Shown here piece after piece: positions 1 to 17,898 of a stretch of DNA of 64,000 nt. Every line of letters starts with the position of its first letter. Position 1 is the stretch's first letter. The stretch lies in the NCBI GenBank assembly GCA_963766715.1, contig CAVYBH010000012.1:704001-768000 (forward strand). Direction: 5' to 3'. The DNA is from an uncultured delta proteobacterium. Lineage in GTDB: Bacteria; Myxococcota; Myxococcia; Myxococcales; Anaeromyxobacteraceae. The translations under genes and the position numbers were made by a program. The notes beneath the pieces are model-generated. The model ran no database searches. It saw only the letters and a list, made by a program, of their open reading frames with translations, and was not told the DNA's origin.

Positions 1-1185
1 GCCTGGGCGCTGCCCAGCAGGCCGACCTCGCCGACGACGCGGCGTTCCTCGTGGCCTGGCTTCCCTACGACGCCGGCCGCTTCGCCGAGTCGGTCGCGCC
101 CCTGCGGAAGTTCGCCCGGGACCGCCCGAACGCACGCCGGGCGCCCGATGCCCGCTGGTTCTCCGCCTGGGCGCTCGTCCGGGCCGGCGACGCCTCCGGC
201 GCGCGCGCGGCGCTCCGCGGCCTGGCGACGAAGGAGACCGGGTCCCTCCGTGCCGCGGCCCTCTACTGGCAGGGAAGGCTGCAGCCGACCCCGGAGGAGG
301 CCGCGCCCCACTACCGCGGCGCCATCGTCGAGGCGCCGGACGGATGGTACGCGCTCCTCTCCCAGGCCCGCCTCGCCGCCTCCGGCGAGGCCCCGCCCGG
401 CCTGCCCCCGCCGGCCCCGACGCCTGCTGCCGGAGGCTCCCCGGGACCCTCGCGTGGCCGCCTCGCTCGGCCGGGTCGTGGACCTGGCGGCGCGCCGGGC
501 TCCGCGCCGAGTCGGTCGGCGCTGCTGCAACGGCTCTCCCGCGCACCCGGACGCCCGCGCCCGGGCCAGCCTGCTCGCCGAGGTCGGCGCCTTCGTCGGC
601 GACGCGGAGGTCCCCTACCGGATGGCCCGCGATCACCTCCCGCCGGGCATCCGGGCCGGGCGATGGGCCTACCCCGACGCCCACGCCAGCGTGCTCGAGC
701 CCGCCTCCCGTGCCCTGGGGGTGGATCCGGCCCTGGCCCTCGCGGTCATGCGCAGGGAGTCGGCGTTCGTCGCCGGCGCACGCAGCGGCGCCGCGGCGGA
801 GGGCGTGCTCCAGCTGCGCCCGGAGACGGCCCACCGCCTGCTCTCCATCCTCGGCATCTCCCGGGCGCCCGACCTGGCCGAACCGGCCGAGAACCTTCGC
901 CTCGGCATCGCCTACCTCGCGCTGCTCTCCGACCGGTTCCAGCACCCCGCGGCGGTCCTCGCCGCCTACAACGCGGGGCCGGCGGCGGCAGCTTCGTGGC
1001 TTCCCCCCGGACCCGGGGTTCCCCTCGACGAATGGGTGGAGGACGTCGCCTACCGGGAGACGCGACAGTACGTTCGCAGCGTCATGGCCGACTGGGCCCG
1101 GTACCGGCGGCTCCGGGGCGAGGCGCCCCTGCCCGTCCTTCCCTCCGGACCGGTTCCGCCTCCCGGACCGGGGGTCGCCTTCTAG
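1..1185 (+). CDS. Soluble lytic transglycosylase (TPR + SLT domain), 5'-partial, about 4 apparent +1 indels at ~422-540
   Basis: C-terminal motifs VMRRESAF, GVLQL, NLRLGIAYL, AAYNAGP, RETRQYV. The TPR-like N-part is in another frame; frames join through four +1 insertions. Confidence 0.85.
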   Translation, partial: AWALPSRPTSPTTRRSSWPGFPTTPAASPSRSRPCGSSPGTARTHAGRPMPAGSPPGRSSGPATPPARARRSAAWRRRRPGPSVPRPSTGREGCSRPRRRPRPTTAAPSSRRRTDGTRSSPRPASPPPARPRPACPRRPRRLLPEAPRDPRVAASLGRVVDLAARRAPRRVGRRCCNGSPAHPDARARASLLAEVGAFVGDAEVPYRMARDHLPPGIRAGRWAYPDAHASVLEPASRALGVDPALALAVMRRESAFVAGARSGAAAEGVLQLRPETAHRLLSILGISRAPDLAEPAENLRLGIAYLALLSDRFQHPAAVLAAYNAGPAAAASWLPPGPGVPLDEWVEDVAYRETRQYVRSVMADWARYRRLRGEAPLPVLPSGPVPPPGPGVAF

Positions 1186-2043
1186 GTTCCGCGAAGCGCC
1201 CCGAGGATCGCCTCGCCGGCCTGCTCCATCACCCTGGGCGTGATCCCCGGGACGGCCCGCACCCGGTGCTCGTCCTGCGGTCGCGTCCGGGCCAGCTCCA
1301 CCATCGCCGTCTCCGGGACGACCTTGAAGGGCGGCCGGTCGAGGGCGGAGGCGCGGGCCTCCCGGGCGATCCAGAGGGCGCGGAGGACCTTCTTCCCCTC
1401 GGCGTCCAGCTCGCGGGCGCCCTTCAGCTTCCGCCAGCCTTCCGGGTCGAAGACCCGGGCGTGCGCCTTGGCCGCGGCGATCCGGTCGAACTCGCGGCGG
1501 GCCTCCTGCTCGACGCCCTGCTCCCGGAGGCTGGCGGACAGGCTGGCGTGGAGCGGAAGGAGGAAGTGGGTGTCCATCGCGGCGTAGCGAAGCTGCTCCC
1601 GGCTGAGCGGCCGGCGCGCCCAGTCGGCGCGCTGGTGCTCCTTGGTGAGCCGGACGCCGAAGTGGGCCTGCACGAGCGCCGCGAGACCGAGCTCCTTCGA
1701 GCCGAGCCGCCGCGCGGCCACCATCGTGTCGAAGATCCGCCCCAGGTCCCAGCCGTACTCGCGCCGGAGACAGCGGACGTCGTAGTCGGCGCCGTGCAGC
1801 ACCAGCTCCCGCTCCCCGCCCAGCACCTCGCCCAGCGGGCCGACGTCCACGGCGATGGGGTCGACGATGAAGTCGGCGCCCGGGATGGAGATTCTGGATC
1901 AGGCAGACGCGCTCGCGGTAGGCGTGGAAGCTGTTCGACTCCGTGTCGAGCGCCACCACCGGCTCCACGGCCAGGCGGCGCGCGAGCTCCTCGAGCGCCT
2001 CTCGACCGGAGATGAAGGTCGGGGCGAGGGTCGGCGCGCTCAT
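1182..2043 (-). CDS. rnd: Ribonuclease D (DEDD exonuclease + HRDC), one +1 indel at ~1892
   Basis: MSAPTL...[21 protein letters not shown] joins, after one extra base, [12 protein letters not shown]...LHGADYD...FDT...DW..RPL...YAAMD, followed by an HRDC domain (DRPPFKV). Confidence 0.88.
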
Positions 2044-2963
2044 GCCCGTGCCCTCGTCGAGAGCGCCGCGGCCACGGCGGCGGCGACCCGGGCGTTCTCC
2101 ACGAGCAGCGCCAGGTTGGCTCGCAGCGTCCGGCCCCCGGTCAGGCGCGACACGGCGGCCAGCAGGTGCGGCGTCCGCGCCGGACCGGCGATGCCCAGCC
2201 GGCCGGCCTCCGCCTCGGCGGCGGACACGGCCTCCTCCACCTCGTGGCGGGGCATGGGCTCGGGAGGCGGCACGGCCAGCAGGACGCCGGTGGGGCGCCG
2301 CAGGGCGACCCAGTGGACGTCGAGCGCACGGGCGGCCTCCTCGGCGCTCTCCACCCGGTGGGCGAGCACGACCCCGCTCGACGCCGACCAGAAGGCGGGA
2401 AGCTCCCCGGTCCGCCAGCCGATCACCGGGACGCCCAGCGTCTCCAGCGCCTCGCTGGTGGCGGGGATGTCGAGGATGGCCTTCGGCCCGGACGAGACGA
2501 CGCAGACCGGCGACCGGGCCATCTCCGCCAGGTCGGCGGACACGTCCCACGTGGCTTCGCCCGGGAGCCCGCGGTGGACGCCCCCGATCCCGCCCGTCGC
2601 GAGGACGCGGATTCCCGCCAGCGCCGCCGCCGCGCAGGTCGCCGAGACCGTCGTTCCCGCGTCACCCCCGGCCGCCAGGAGCGCCGCCAGGTCGCGGGCG
2701 CCCGCCTTGGCCACCTTCCCCGGGCGGCCGAGCGAGGCCACCTCGTCGTCGGTCGCGCCGATCACCAGCTCTCCTGCCAGGATGGCGACGGCGGCCGGAA
2801 CGGCCCCGCTCTCCCGGATCGCCCGGGCACAGCGCCGGGACGCCTCCGCGCCCTCGGGGGCCGGCAGGCCATGGGCCACCACGCTCGTCTCGAGCGCCAC
2901 CACCGGCGCACCCGCCCGGAGCGCATCGCGCACCTCGTCACCCATCCGGACCGTTCCTGGCAC
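2040..2963 (-). CDS. psuG: Pseudouridine-5'-phosphate glycosidase (IndA/PsuG)
   Basis: [53 protein letters not shown] motifs. Confidence 0.92.
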   Translation of the reverse strand: MPGTVRMGDEVRDALRAGAPVVALETSVVAHGLPAPEGAEASRRCARAIRESGAVPAAVAILAGELVIGATDDEVASLGRPGKVAKAGARDLAALLAAGGDAGTTVSATCAAAALAGIRVLATGGIGGVHRGLPGEATWDVSADLAEMARSPVCVVSSGPKAILDIPATSEALETLGVPVIGWRTGELPAFWSASSGVVLAHRVESAEEAARALDVHWVALRRPTGVLLAVPPPEPMPRHEVEEAVSAAEAEAGRLGIAGPARTPHLLAAVSRLTGGRTLRANLALLVENARVAAAVAAALSTRARA

Positions 2964-3034
2964 CCGGAGGTCATACCCGATTGCGCCACGGCGCGCCGGT
3001 CCCTTCTCGGTCCATCGCGGCTATCATCCGCGCG

Positions 3035-3823
3035 ATGAGGGCCCGCCTCCGCGGATGGCTGACGACGGTCTACGCCGCCCTCTTCATGGCCATCTTCTTC
3101 TTCGGTTCCCTCCCGGTGATGGTGGTGACGCGCTCCGGCGCGCTGCCGATCTGGCTGGCGCGGAAGGCGTGGGCTCCCTGGGGCCTGTGGCTCGCCGGCG
3201 CGGACGTCACCGTCCGCCGCCTGGCGCCGCTCCCGGAGGGACCCGCCATCTACGCGGCCAACCACTCCAGCACGATCGACATCTGGCTCATGCTGGCCAA
3301 CATCCCCCGCAGCGTCCGCTTCATCGCCAAGGCCGAGGTGTTCGGCTGGCCGGTCTTCGGCTGGTACATGACGCTGGGCGGCCACGTCCCGGTGGACCGC
3401 CGGGACCACGCCCGGGCGGTGGCGTCGCTCGCCCACGCGGCCGACATGGTCCGCGCCGGGACGAGCCTCATCGTCTTCCCCGAGGGCACGCGAAGCCGGG
3501 ACGGGCGCGTCCACGCCTTCAAGAAGGGACCGTTCGTCATCGCCGCGCAGGCAGGCGTGCCGGTCGTCCCGGTGGCGCTCACGGGGAGCGGGGCCGTCAC
3601 GCCCAAGAACCTCCTCCACGTCCATCCCGGGCCCGTCCAGGTCACCTTCGGCCGGCCGATCCTCGCGGCCGATCACCCGGGGCGCGACGCCCTCCTCCGG
3701 GAGGTCCGGCGCCAGGTGATCGCGATGGACCGGGCCGCGGGAGGGCCCGGAGGCGCGGACGAACCCGCCGTCGCCGCGCGGGGGTTCGAAGGAGACGTTG
3801 GCGGCGACGCGGACGGACGGTAG
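3035..3823 (+). CDS. plsC: 1-acyl-sn-glycerol-3-phosphate acyltransferase
   Basis: NHSSTID (HX4D), FIAKAE, FPEGTRS, FKKG motifs; N-terminal TM segment. Confidence 0.9.
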   Translation: MRARLRGWLTTVYAALFMAIFFFGSLPVMVVTRSGALPIWLARKAWAPWGLWLAGADVTVRRLAPLPEGPAIYAANHSSTIDIWLMLANIPRSVRFIAKAEVFGWPVFGWYMTLGGHVPVDRRDHARAVASLAHAADMVRAGTSLIVFPEGTRSRDGRVHAFKKGPFVIAAQAGVPVVPVALTGSGAVTPKNLLHVHPGPVQVTFGRPILAADHPGRDALLREVRRQVIAMDRAAGGPGGADEPAVAARGFEGDVGGDADGR

Positions 3824-3833
3824 TCTCTCCCGC

Positions 3834-4304
3834 ATGGCCGAACGACAACAGGGCGTCCCGGGCGCCGTCGAGGGCGCGATCGACCAGGGGCGCCGCGCGG
3901 TCTCCGGGATCGCCGACGGCTTCCGGAAGGCCGGGCGCTGGCAGCGCATGCGCCTCGGGATCGTGGGCGGCTGGGTCGCGGCCTCGCTGCTCGCGCTCTG
4001 GATCGCCTGCCCGTCGTCGGGTCCGGCCAACTCGCTCGGCGCCGACGTCCAGGTCCTGAAGGAATCCCTGCTCGGCGGCCAGCAGATCCTGGTCCGCAAC
4101 GAATCGGACGCGGTCTGGAACGACGTCACGCTGGCCCTCGACGGGTCCTGGAAGAACAGCCAGCGGACGGTTCGCCCCCGGGAACAGGTCGTCCTCTCGC
4201 CGGCCCAGTTCCAGCGCGCCGGAGAGCCCGCGCCCCGCGACCTCCGTCCGCGCACGCTCCTCATCGAGTGTCGCGAGGGACGAGCCCGCTTCGAGCTTCG
4301 CTAG
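3834..4304 (+). CDS. Hypothetical single-TM protein
   Basis: ATG 10 nt after the plsC stop; one TM (LGIVGGWVAASLLALWIAC) followed by a beta-rich domain. Confidence 0.6.
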   Translation: MAERQQGVPGAVEGAIDQGRRAVSGIADGFRKAGRWQRMRLGIVGGWVAASLLALWIACPSSGPANSLGADVQVLKESLLGGQQILVRNESDAVWNDVTLALDGSWKNSQRTVRPREQVVLSPAQFQRAGEPAPRDLRPRTLLIECREGRARFELR

Positions 4305-4773
4305 GGCGCGTTCCCCGGGCGCCACGACTCCTCGACCTCGCGCTCCAGCGCCGCCTCCCGGGCGGCCCGAGCGGCGGCGGCCCAGCGGGCGGCGCCCCGC
4401 TCGAGCGCCTCGTTCCTCTCCCGGGCTGCCCGGGCGACCTTCGCCGCCTGCCTGGCCCGCTCCCCCGCGCGGCGAGCGCGCACGAGGGCCCGCTCCGACT
4501 CCAGGAAGAGTCGACGCGCCTCGACGAAGGCCGCCTCCCGCGCGGCGGACCACGCGGCCAGATCGGAGGAGATGCACCTCCCTCCGATGGCCTGGACCCG
4601 ACCTGGAGCCATCGGCCACCCCGCGCCGCAGTGTCGCCCGCCCGGGTGGCGACGGCGCGGGCGGCCGCCTCCTCCTCGAGGGCCTGCGCCCGGGCGCGTG
4701 CGGCCGCGTTCGACGCGGTCCGCGCCTCGGCGTCCCGGATCCGCGCCAGGGCATGGAGGGGCCAGCCGCTCAC
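4301..4773 (-). CDS. FliJ/SctO(YscO)-like coiled-coil stalk protein, one indel at ~4615
   Basis: GTG overlaps the ATPase stop; WPLHALARIR start then Ala/Arg/Glu coiled coil ending EREVEE; position directly after an SctN-type ATPase. Confidence 0.6.
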
Positions 4774-6089
4774 GCGCCGATCCCGGACGCCAGCCCGGCG
4801 AGGTCCCGCACCGTGTCGCCGAAGGGCAGGCTCCCGCCGTCTTCCTGCCGAAGGAAGGCCTCGATGGCCGGCATGGCCGCCACCGCCTCGTCCAGCTCCG
4901 CGTCCGCGCCCCGGACCCAGGCTCCCGCGGCGATCAGGTCCCTGGCCGACTCCCACCTCGCCATCGCGGCACGAACGCTCGCTGCGGCCGACCGGTGCGC
5001 CGGACCGGCGACGGCGGGCATGGCCCGCGACAGGCTGGCGAGCACGTCGAGGGCGGGAAACCGCCCGGCCTCCGCGATGCGCCGGTCGAGGACCAGGTGA
5101 CCATCCAGCAGCCCCAGGATCTCGGCGGAGAGCGGGTCCTCGGCGGAGTCCCCGGTCGACAGCACCGTGTACACGGCGGTGATGGGTCCCCCGGGGCCGG
5201 TGCCGGCCCGCTCCAGGAGCCGGGGCAACTCGGAGAAGACCCGCGACGGATAGCCCTGGCGGACCGGCGGCTCGCCGGCCGCGAGGCCGACCTCCCGGAT
5301 CGCCCGGGCGAACCGGGTCAGGGAGTCGACGAGCAGGAGCACGCGGCGCCCGTCCACCCGCGCGAACCACTCGGCGATGGCGGTCGCCACCTGTGCGGAC
5401 CGGAAGCGGACCGCGGCGGGTGCGTCGCTGGTGGCCGCCACCACCACGCTCCGTGAAAGCCCCTCGTCGCCCAGCACGTCCTCGACCATCTCCCGGACCT
5501 CCCGTCCCCGCTCCCCCACGAGACCGAGCACGCAGACCTCCGCGCCCGCGCTCCGCGCCAGCCGTCCCAGGAGCGACGACTTGCCCACCCCGGGGCCCGC
5601 GAAGAGCCCGACCCGCTGCCCCTCGGCCAGCGTGGCGAAGCCGTCGATCGCCCGCACGCCCGTGGGAAACGGACGATCGAGCCGGGCACGCGCCATCGGC
5701 GCCGGGGCCGGGCGGTCGACCTCCCAGGAGACGAGCCCCGGCGGAAGGGGGCGCCCGTCCATCGGCCAGCCCAGGCCGTCGAGCACGCGCCCGAGGAGCG
5801 GCCGGCCCACCCGGATGGCGAGCCGCCTGCCCGTCCGGAGGACCTCGGCGCCGGGGACGAGGTCCTCCCCTCCCCGGAGCGGCAGGAGGATCGCGCTCGC
5901 GCCATGGACCGCCACCACCTCCGCTTCCGCGCATCCGCCCGTCCCGGACGCGATCCGGACCACTTCCCCGAGGCGGGCCCCGGCGCCGACGCAGCGGGCC
6001 CGCCCTGGCGCCACGTCGACCAGCGAGCCCGTCCTGGGCAGGGTGGCGCTCGCCTTCAGGATCTCGCGCGCCCGCGCGACGGAGATCAC
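4770..6089 (-). CDS. sctN: FliI/SctN(YscN) type III secretion ATPase
   Basis: GQRVGLFAGPGVGKS (Walker A), GERGREV, DSLTRFARAIRE, GEPP..GYP, LLERAG, DGHLVL, PALDVLASLSR. Confidence 0.9.
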   Translation of the reverse strand: MISVARAREILKASATLPRTGSLVDVAPGRARCVGAGARLGEVVRIASGTGGCAEAEVVAVHGASAILLPLRGGEDLVPGAEVLRTGRRLAIRVGRPLLGRVLDGLGWPMDGRPLPPGLVSWEVDRPAPAPMARARLDRPFPTGVRAIDGFATLAEGQRVGLFAGPGVGKSSLLGRLARSAGAEVCVLGLVGERGREVREMVEDVLGDEGLSRSVVVAATSDAPAAVRFRSAQVATAIAEWFARVDGRRVLLLVDSLTRFARAIREVGLAAGEPPVRQGYPSRVFSELPRLLERAGTGPGGPITAVYTVLSTGDSAEDPLSAEILGLLDGHLVLDRRIAEAGRFPALDVLASLSRAMPAVAGPAHRSAAASVRAAMARWESARDLIAAGAWVRGADAELDEAVAAMPAIEAFLRQEDGGSLPFGDTVRDLAGLASGIGA

Positions 6090-6694
6090 GCCTCGATCTC
6101 CTCGAGCGCACGGCGCAGCAGCGCGATCCGCGCGGAGAATCGCCCGTCCACCCGCGCGCCTTCCCCTTCCAGCACCACCTCGCCCATGGCCAGGGACGCA
6201 TCCTCGACGACCCGGAGCCGGCCAACCGCATCGCCCAGCGCTCCGGCCGCGTCCCGGATCGCGGCCAGGTCCTCCGCCGATACGCGCAGGTCGACCCGCC
6301 GGGAGCCGCGGAGCTCGGCGAGCGCGATCCTCGCCGCGCCGACGGCGTCGGCCCCGGGCCGGACCTCGCGCGCCAGGATGCGACCTGCGATGGCGGCGGC
6401 GACGTCGAGCACCTCCCCGCTGCAGGCGGCGATGAGTCGATCGCGCTCGCGCGCGCCCCTGGCCAGCTCGGCCGCGGCCCGGGCCAGGCCCTCCTCCCGG
6501 CCGGCCGCCTCCGCCGCGTCCCGCCAGGAATCGCGCTCCGCCTCGGCTGCCCGCAGGATTCGCCGCGCGCTTGCCTGCGCCTCCTCGAGGATGGCCCGGG
6601 CGCGCACGCGCGCATCGAACACCTCGCCGGCGATTCGCCGCGCCCCTTCTCCCGGGCGTCCGTCGACCGGCCCGGCCTCGTCCTCTCCGTCCAC
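6086..6694 (-). CDS. sctL: FliH/SctL(YscL) stator protein
   Basis: AEAAGREEGLA (GxxxG/AxxxG), LRVSAED and VEDASLAMGEVVLEGEGARVDG C-terminus; GGAGG RBS before the GTG at 6694. Confidence 0.8.
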   Translation of the reverse strand: MDGEDEAGPVDGRPGEGARRIAGEVFDARVRARAILEEAQASARRILRAAEAERDSWRDAAEAAGREEGLARAAAELARGARERDRLIAACSGEVLDVAAAIAGRILAREVRPGADAVGAARIALAELRGSRRVDLRVSAEDLAAIRDAAGALGDAVGRLRVVEDASLAMGEVVLEGEGARVDGRFSARIALLRRALEEIEA

Positions 6695-6751
6695 GCCGCG
6701 CACCTCCGGGCACGGGAGGGAGCGTGGCCGCCCGTGGTCCCCGGGGGCTGT

Positions 6752-6767
6752 TGCAAGCGAAAGGCCC
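6752..6767 (-). promoter_or_regulatory. Putative sigma54 promoter for sctL-N-O
   Basis: GGGCCT-TTCGC-TTGCA, with GG-N10-GC spacing. Confidence 0.5.
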
Positions 6768-6791
6768 ACCCCGCGTGGCGGAGTGGGCCTT
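6761..6791 (-). terminator. Hairpin after the sigma factor gene
   Basis: AAGGCCCAC...GTGGGCCTT inverted repeat just past the stop; short T run. Confidence 0.5.
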
Positions 6792-6815
6792 CGTGCCTCG
6801 GAGTCGCGCCCGGAG

Positions 6816-7571
6816 CTAGGCGGCTTCCTCTGCGCGGCCGATCTCGCCGGTCTCGACCGACTCGACGCTCTCGAGATATCGGTGGAGGAACTGCTTGGTC
6901 TTCAGCTCGACCTGGCGGACGCGCTCGCGCGACACGCCCCAGCGCTTGCCAATCTCCTCGAGGGTCTTCGGCGAGTCCTGCTGCAGCCGGTTGTGGATGA
7001 TGTCCCACCCGAGCTCGCCGATGCGCTTGCGGACCTTGCCGAGCGCATCGCGAACCTCGCGATCGCCCTCGTTGGAGAGGTAACCGCCCTCCGGGCCGGG
7101 GCCCTCGTCCTCGATCCGCTCGAGGTGGGAGACGTCCCCGTCCTCGTCGATGTAGCTGTCGAGGGACAGGTCGGGCTGCGCCACGGTGCCGCTCTGCGGC
7201 CGGACCGTGCTGCGCGCCTCCTTCAGGTACTTGCCGACGTAGGCGCGGATCCACCACACGGCGTAGGTCGAGAAGCGGGTTCCAGCGTGCGGGTCGAACT
7301 TCTCGACCGCGCGCATGAGACCGACGTTGCCCTCCTGGATCAGGTCGTCCAGGCGAACGGTGCCGCGCCGCTGCTTGCGGGCGATGGCCACCACGAAGGC
7401 CAGGTTGTGCCGGACGAGCTTCTGCTTGGCGCCCACCTCGCCCTTGCGAGCCTTGAGCGCGAGTGCGTGCTCTTCGTCCCGGGTGAGCGGCGGGTAGTCC
7501 CGAACCGCCTTGAGATACGGGGCGAGTTCCTCGAACTCCTTGCTGCCGCGCTGGATACCGGCGGTCTTCAT
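6816..7571 (-). CDS. Alternative sigma-70 family factor (regions 1.2, 2, 3.2, 4; most of region 3 absent)
   Basis: YLKAVRDYPPLTRDEE, DLIQEGNVGLMRAVEKFDP..GTRFSTYAVWWIR, TLEEIG..WGVSRERVRQVE; AAAGAGG RBS. Confidence 0.9.
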   Translation of the reverse strand: MKTAGIQRGSKEFEELAPYLKAVRDYPPLTRDEEHALALKARKGEVGAKQKLVRHNLAFVVAIARKQRRGTVRLDDLIQEGNVGLMRAVEKFDPHAGTRFSTYAVWWIRAYVGKYLKEARSTVRPQSGTVAQPDLSLDSYIDEDGDVSHLERIEDEGPGPEGGYLSNEGDREVRDALGKVRKRIGELGWDIIHNRLQQDSPKTLEEIGKRWGVSRERVRQVELKTKQFLHRYLESVESVETGEIGRAEEAA

Positions 7572-7642
7572 CCTCTTTGGCCTCTCCACTGTCCGTGCGG
7601 TCTGCCGGGGTCTTCCGGAATGCCGGACAGTTACGTTACGGC

Positions 7643-7671
7643 ATATTACGAATCTGGACTTTTCTAGTCAA
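7643..7671 (-). promoter_or_regulatory. Sigma70 promoter of the sigma factor gene
   Basis: TTGACT-N17-TAATAT in an AT-rich intergenic region. Confidence 0.7.
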
Positions 7672-7916
7672 CCACCAAGGCTAAGCATTCGTGATGACAG
7701 GATTGTGACGATCAAAACATCGACCTTTTTGGTGGGCGAAGTCGATGATTCTCGCCCCCAACATGGCAACGCCAACAGGGGGGTGACAAATTCCTAACGA
7801 TTCGAAGTCACCGGGAGGTTCCCGGTGCCTACACCCGTACCGGGGCGTTCCGTCCGGGGGATGTACAGGACCCATCCGGGACACCGGAAGACTCCCCTGA
7901 ACGGACCAGGGCCCCG

Positions 7917-7955
7917 AAAAGCGGATGGCCCGAGGCATTCGCCCCGGGCCACCCG
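7917..7955 (-). terminator. Rho-independent terminator after rpoC
   Basis: CGGGTGGCCCG...CGGGCCATCCG followed by CTTTT. Confidence 0.65.
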
Positions 7956-7975
7956 AACCTCGCGAGTCTGACGGA

Positions 7976-12142
<4,167 letters not shown>

Positions 12143-12186
12143 GTCTCGTCCCTCGATGCGGCGTTCGGGTTCCGGGTGTCGTCCAC

Positions 12187-16431
<4,245 letters not shown>

Positions 16432-16555
16432 CGAGCGTGTTCCTCTTTCCCCGGAAGGAGTCGTTACAAGCACTACGAGCCGGCGCAAGGCCGGCTCATG
16501 ACTTCATGCCCGGCCGCGAGGCCGGGGGACGGGGATGGTCATGGGGGGTGGGAGG

Positions 16556-16584
16556 GTATTAACCACTCCTGCCCTCCATGTCAA
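16556..16584 (-). promoter_or_regulatory. Sigma70 promoter upstream of rpoB
   Basis: TTGACA-N17-TAATAC. Confidence 0.7.
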
Positions 16585-16596
16585 AGCTCCCGTCCA

Positions 16597-16640
16597 AGAG
16601 GCAGGGCGGGACGGCCTATCCGGCCGCCCCGCCCCCCTCC
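16597..16640 (-). terminator. Stem-loop after rplL
   Basis: GGGCGGGGCGGCC-GGATA-GGCCGTCCCGCCC long GC stem. Confidence 0.5.
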
Positions 16641-16652
16641 TGAAGGACTGAT

Positions 16653-17027
16653 CTACTTGATCTCGACCTTGGCGCCAGCGGCCTCGAGCTTCTTCTTGAT
16701 CTCCTCGGCCTCGGCCTTGGGAATCCCCGTCTTGACCTCCTTGGGGGCCCCCTCGACCAGGTCCTTGGCCTCCTTCAGGCCCAGGCCGGTGATGGCGCGA
16801 ACTTCCTTGATCGTGTTGATCTTGTTGGCGCCGGCGTCCATGAGGACGACGTTGAACTCGGTCTTCTCCTCGACCGGTGCGGCGGCTGCGCCACCGGCGG
16901 CGGCCATCATCACCGGCGCGGCGGCGGCGCTGACGCCCCACTTCTCCTCGAGGGTCTTCACGAGCTCGGCGGCCTCGAGGATGGTGAGGCCGGACAGCTG
17001 CTCCACGATTGCGTTCAGGTCTGCCAT
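16653..17027 (-). CDS. rplL: 50S ribosomal protein L7/L12
   Basis: [23 protein letters not shown]. Confidence 0.98.
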   Translation of the reverse strand: MADLNAIVEQLSGLTILEAAELVKTLEEKWGVSAAAAPVMMAAAGGAAAAPVEEKTEFNVVLMDAGANKINTIKEVRAITGLGLKEAKDLVEGAPKEVKTGIPKAEAEEIKKKLEAAGAKVEIK

Positions 17028-17111
17028 GACTTCGTCTTTCCTTTTCTGCTGGGGCGCCTTCCCGGCGTCCCGCGTCCATGCCCGCGCTCCGCGCGGGCGG
17101 TCAGGTACCGG

Positions 17112-17636
17112 TTAAGCCTGCTTCTCCAGCTGATCCTTCCGCGCGCCGATGACCTGGGCGAGCTGCTGCCCAGGAGCGGCGAGCAGGCGCACGAGCTTCG
17201 AGGCGGGCTGCGCGATGACGCCCGCGATCTTCGACCGCAGCTCGGGGAGTGCGGGCAGCTTCGCGAGGGCCATGATGGCCTTCACGTCGATGACCTTTCC
17301 CTGAACCACGCCGATCCGAAGTGCGAAGTTCTCGCGGTCCTTGACGAAGTCCGCGAGGATCTTCGCCGGTGCGACCACGTCGTCGTACGACAGGATCAAC
17401 GCCGTCGGTCCAACGAACTTCTCCGACAGCTGCTCGAGATCCGTGCCCTTGGCGGCACGGATGGCCAGGGTGTTCTTGACGATGCGGTACTCCACCTTCG
17501 CCTCGCGGCACTTCCTGCGAAGCTCGGTGACGGTCGCAACGTTGAGCCCCTTGGGCTCTGCCAGGATGGCGGCCTTTGCCTTCGCCATCTTGTCGTGGAG
17601 CTGGCCGATGACTGCTTCTTTTTCCGTCCGGTTCAA
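17112..17636 (-). CDS. rplJ: 50S ribosomal protein L10
   Basis: IVKNTL, GPTALI, LAKLP; TTG start; synteny. Confidence 0.97.
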   Translation of the reverse strand: MNRTEKEAVIGQLHDKMAKAKAAILAEPKGLNVATVTELRRKCREAKVEYRIVKNTLAIRAAKGTDLEQLSEKFVGPTALILSYDDVVAPAKILADFVKDRENFALRIGVVQGKVIDVKAIMALAKLPALPELRSKIAGVIAQPASKLVRLLAAPGQQLAQVIGARKDQLEKQA

Positions 17637-17753
17637 ATGTACTCACTTCCTTCCCGACCGGCCGCGTGGGCGGCTCGGCGTGATGTGGGCCACGGACCGG
17701 ACGACCGGTACGTCGACCCCCTGGCCAAGCAGGGGACGCTGCAAGAGCAACTT

Positions 17754-17846
17754 CCCGTCTCGGCGGGTCGGGCCTGCTTCACCCGCTTGGCCACTCCTCC
17801 CCTTCTGCTTCTCGCACCCGGGGAGGGGTGGGCCCGCTGTCTTGGA
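17754..17846 (-). ncRNA. L10 leader (autoregulatory RNA)
   Basis: AAGACAGCGGG...CCCGCCGAGA motif pair in the rplA-rplJ spacer. Confidence 0.65.
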
Positions 17847-17898
17847 CCAGGAAACACCCGCCGGCGAGGTGCCGGCGGGCAACCTGGAAATCTTCCGG

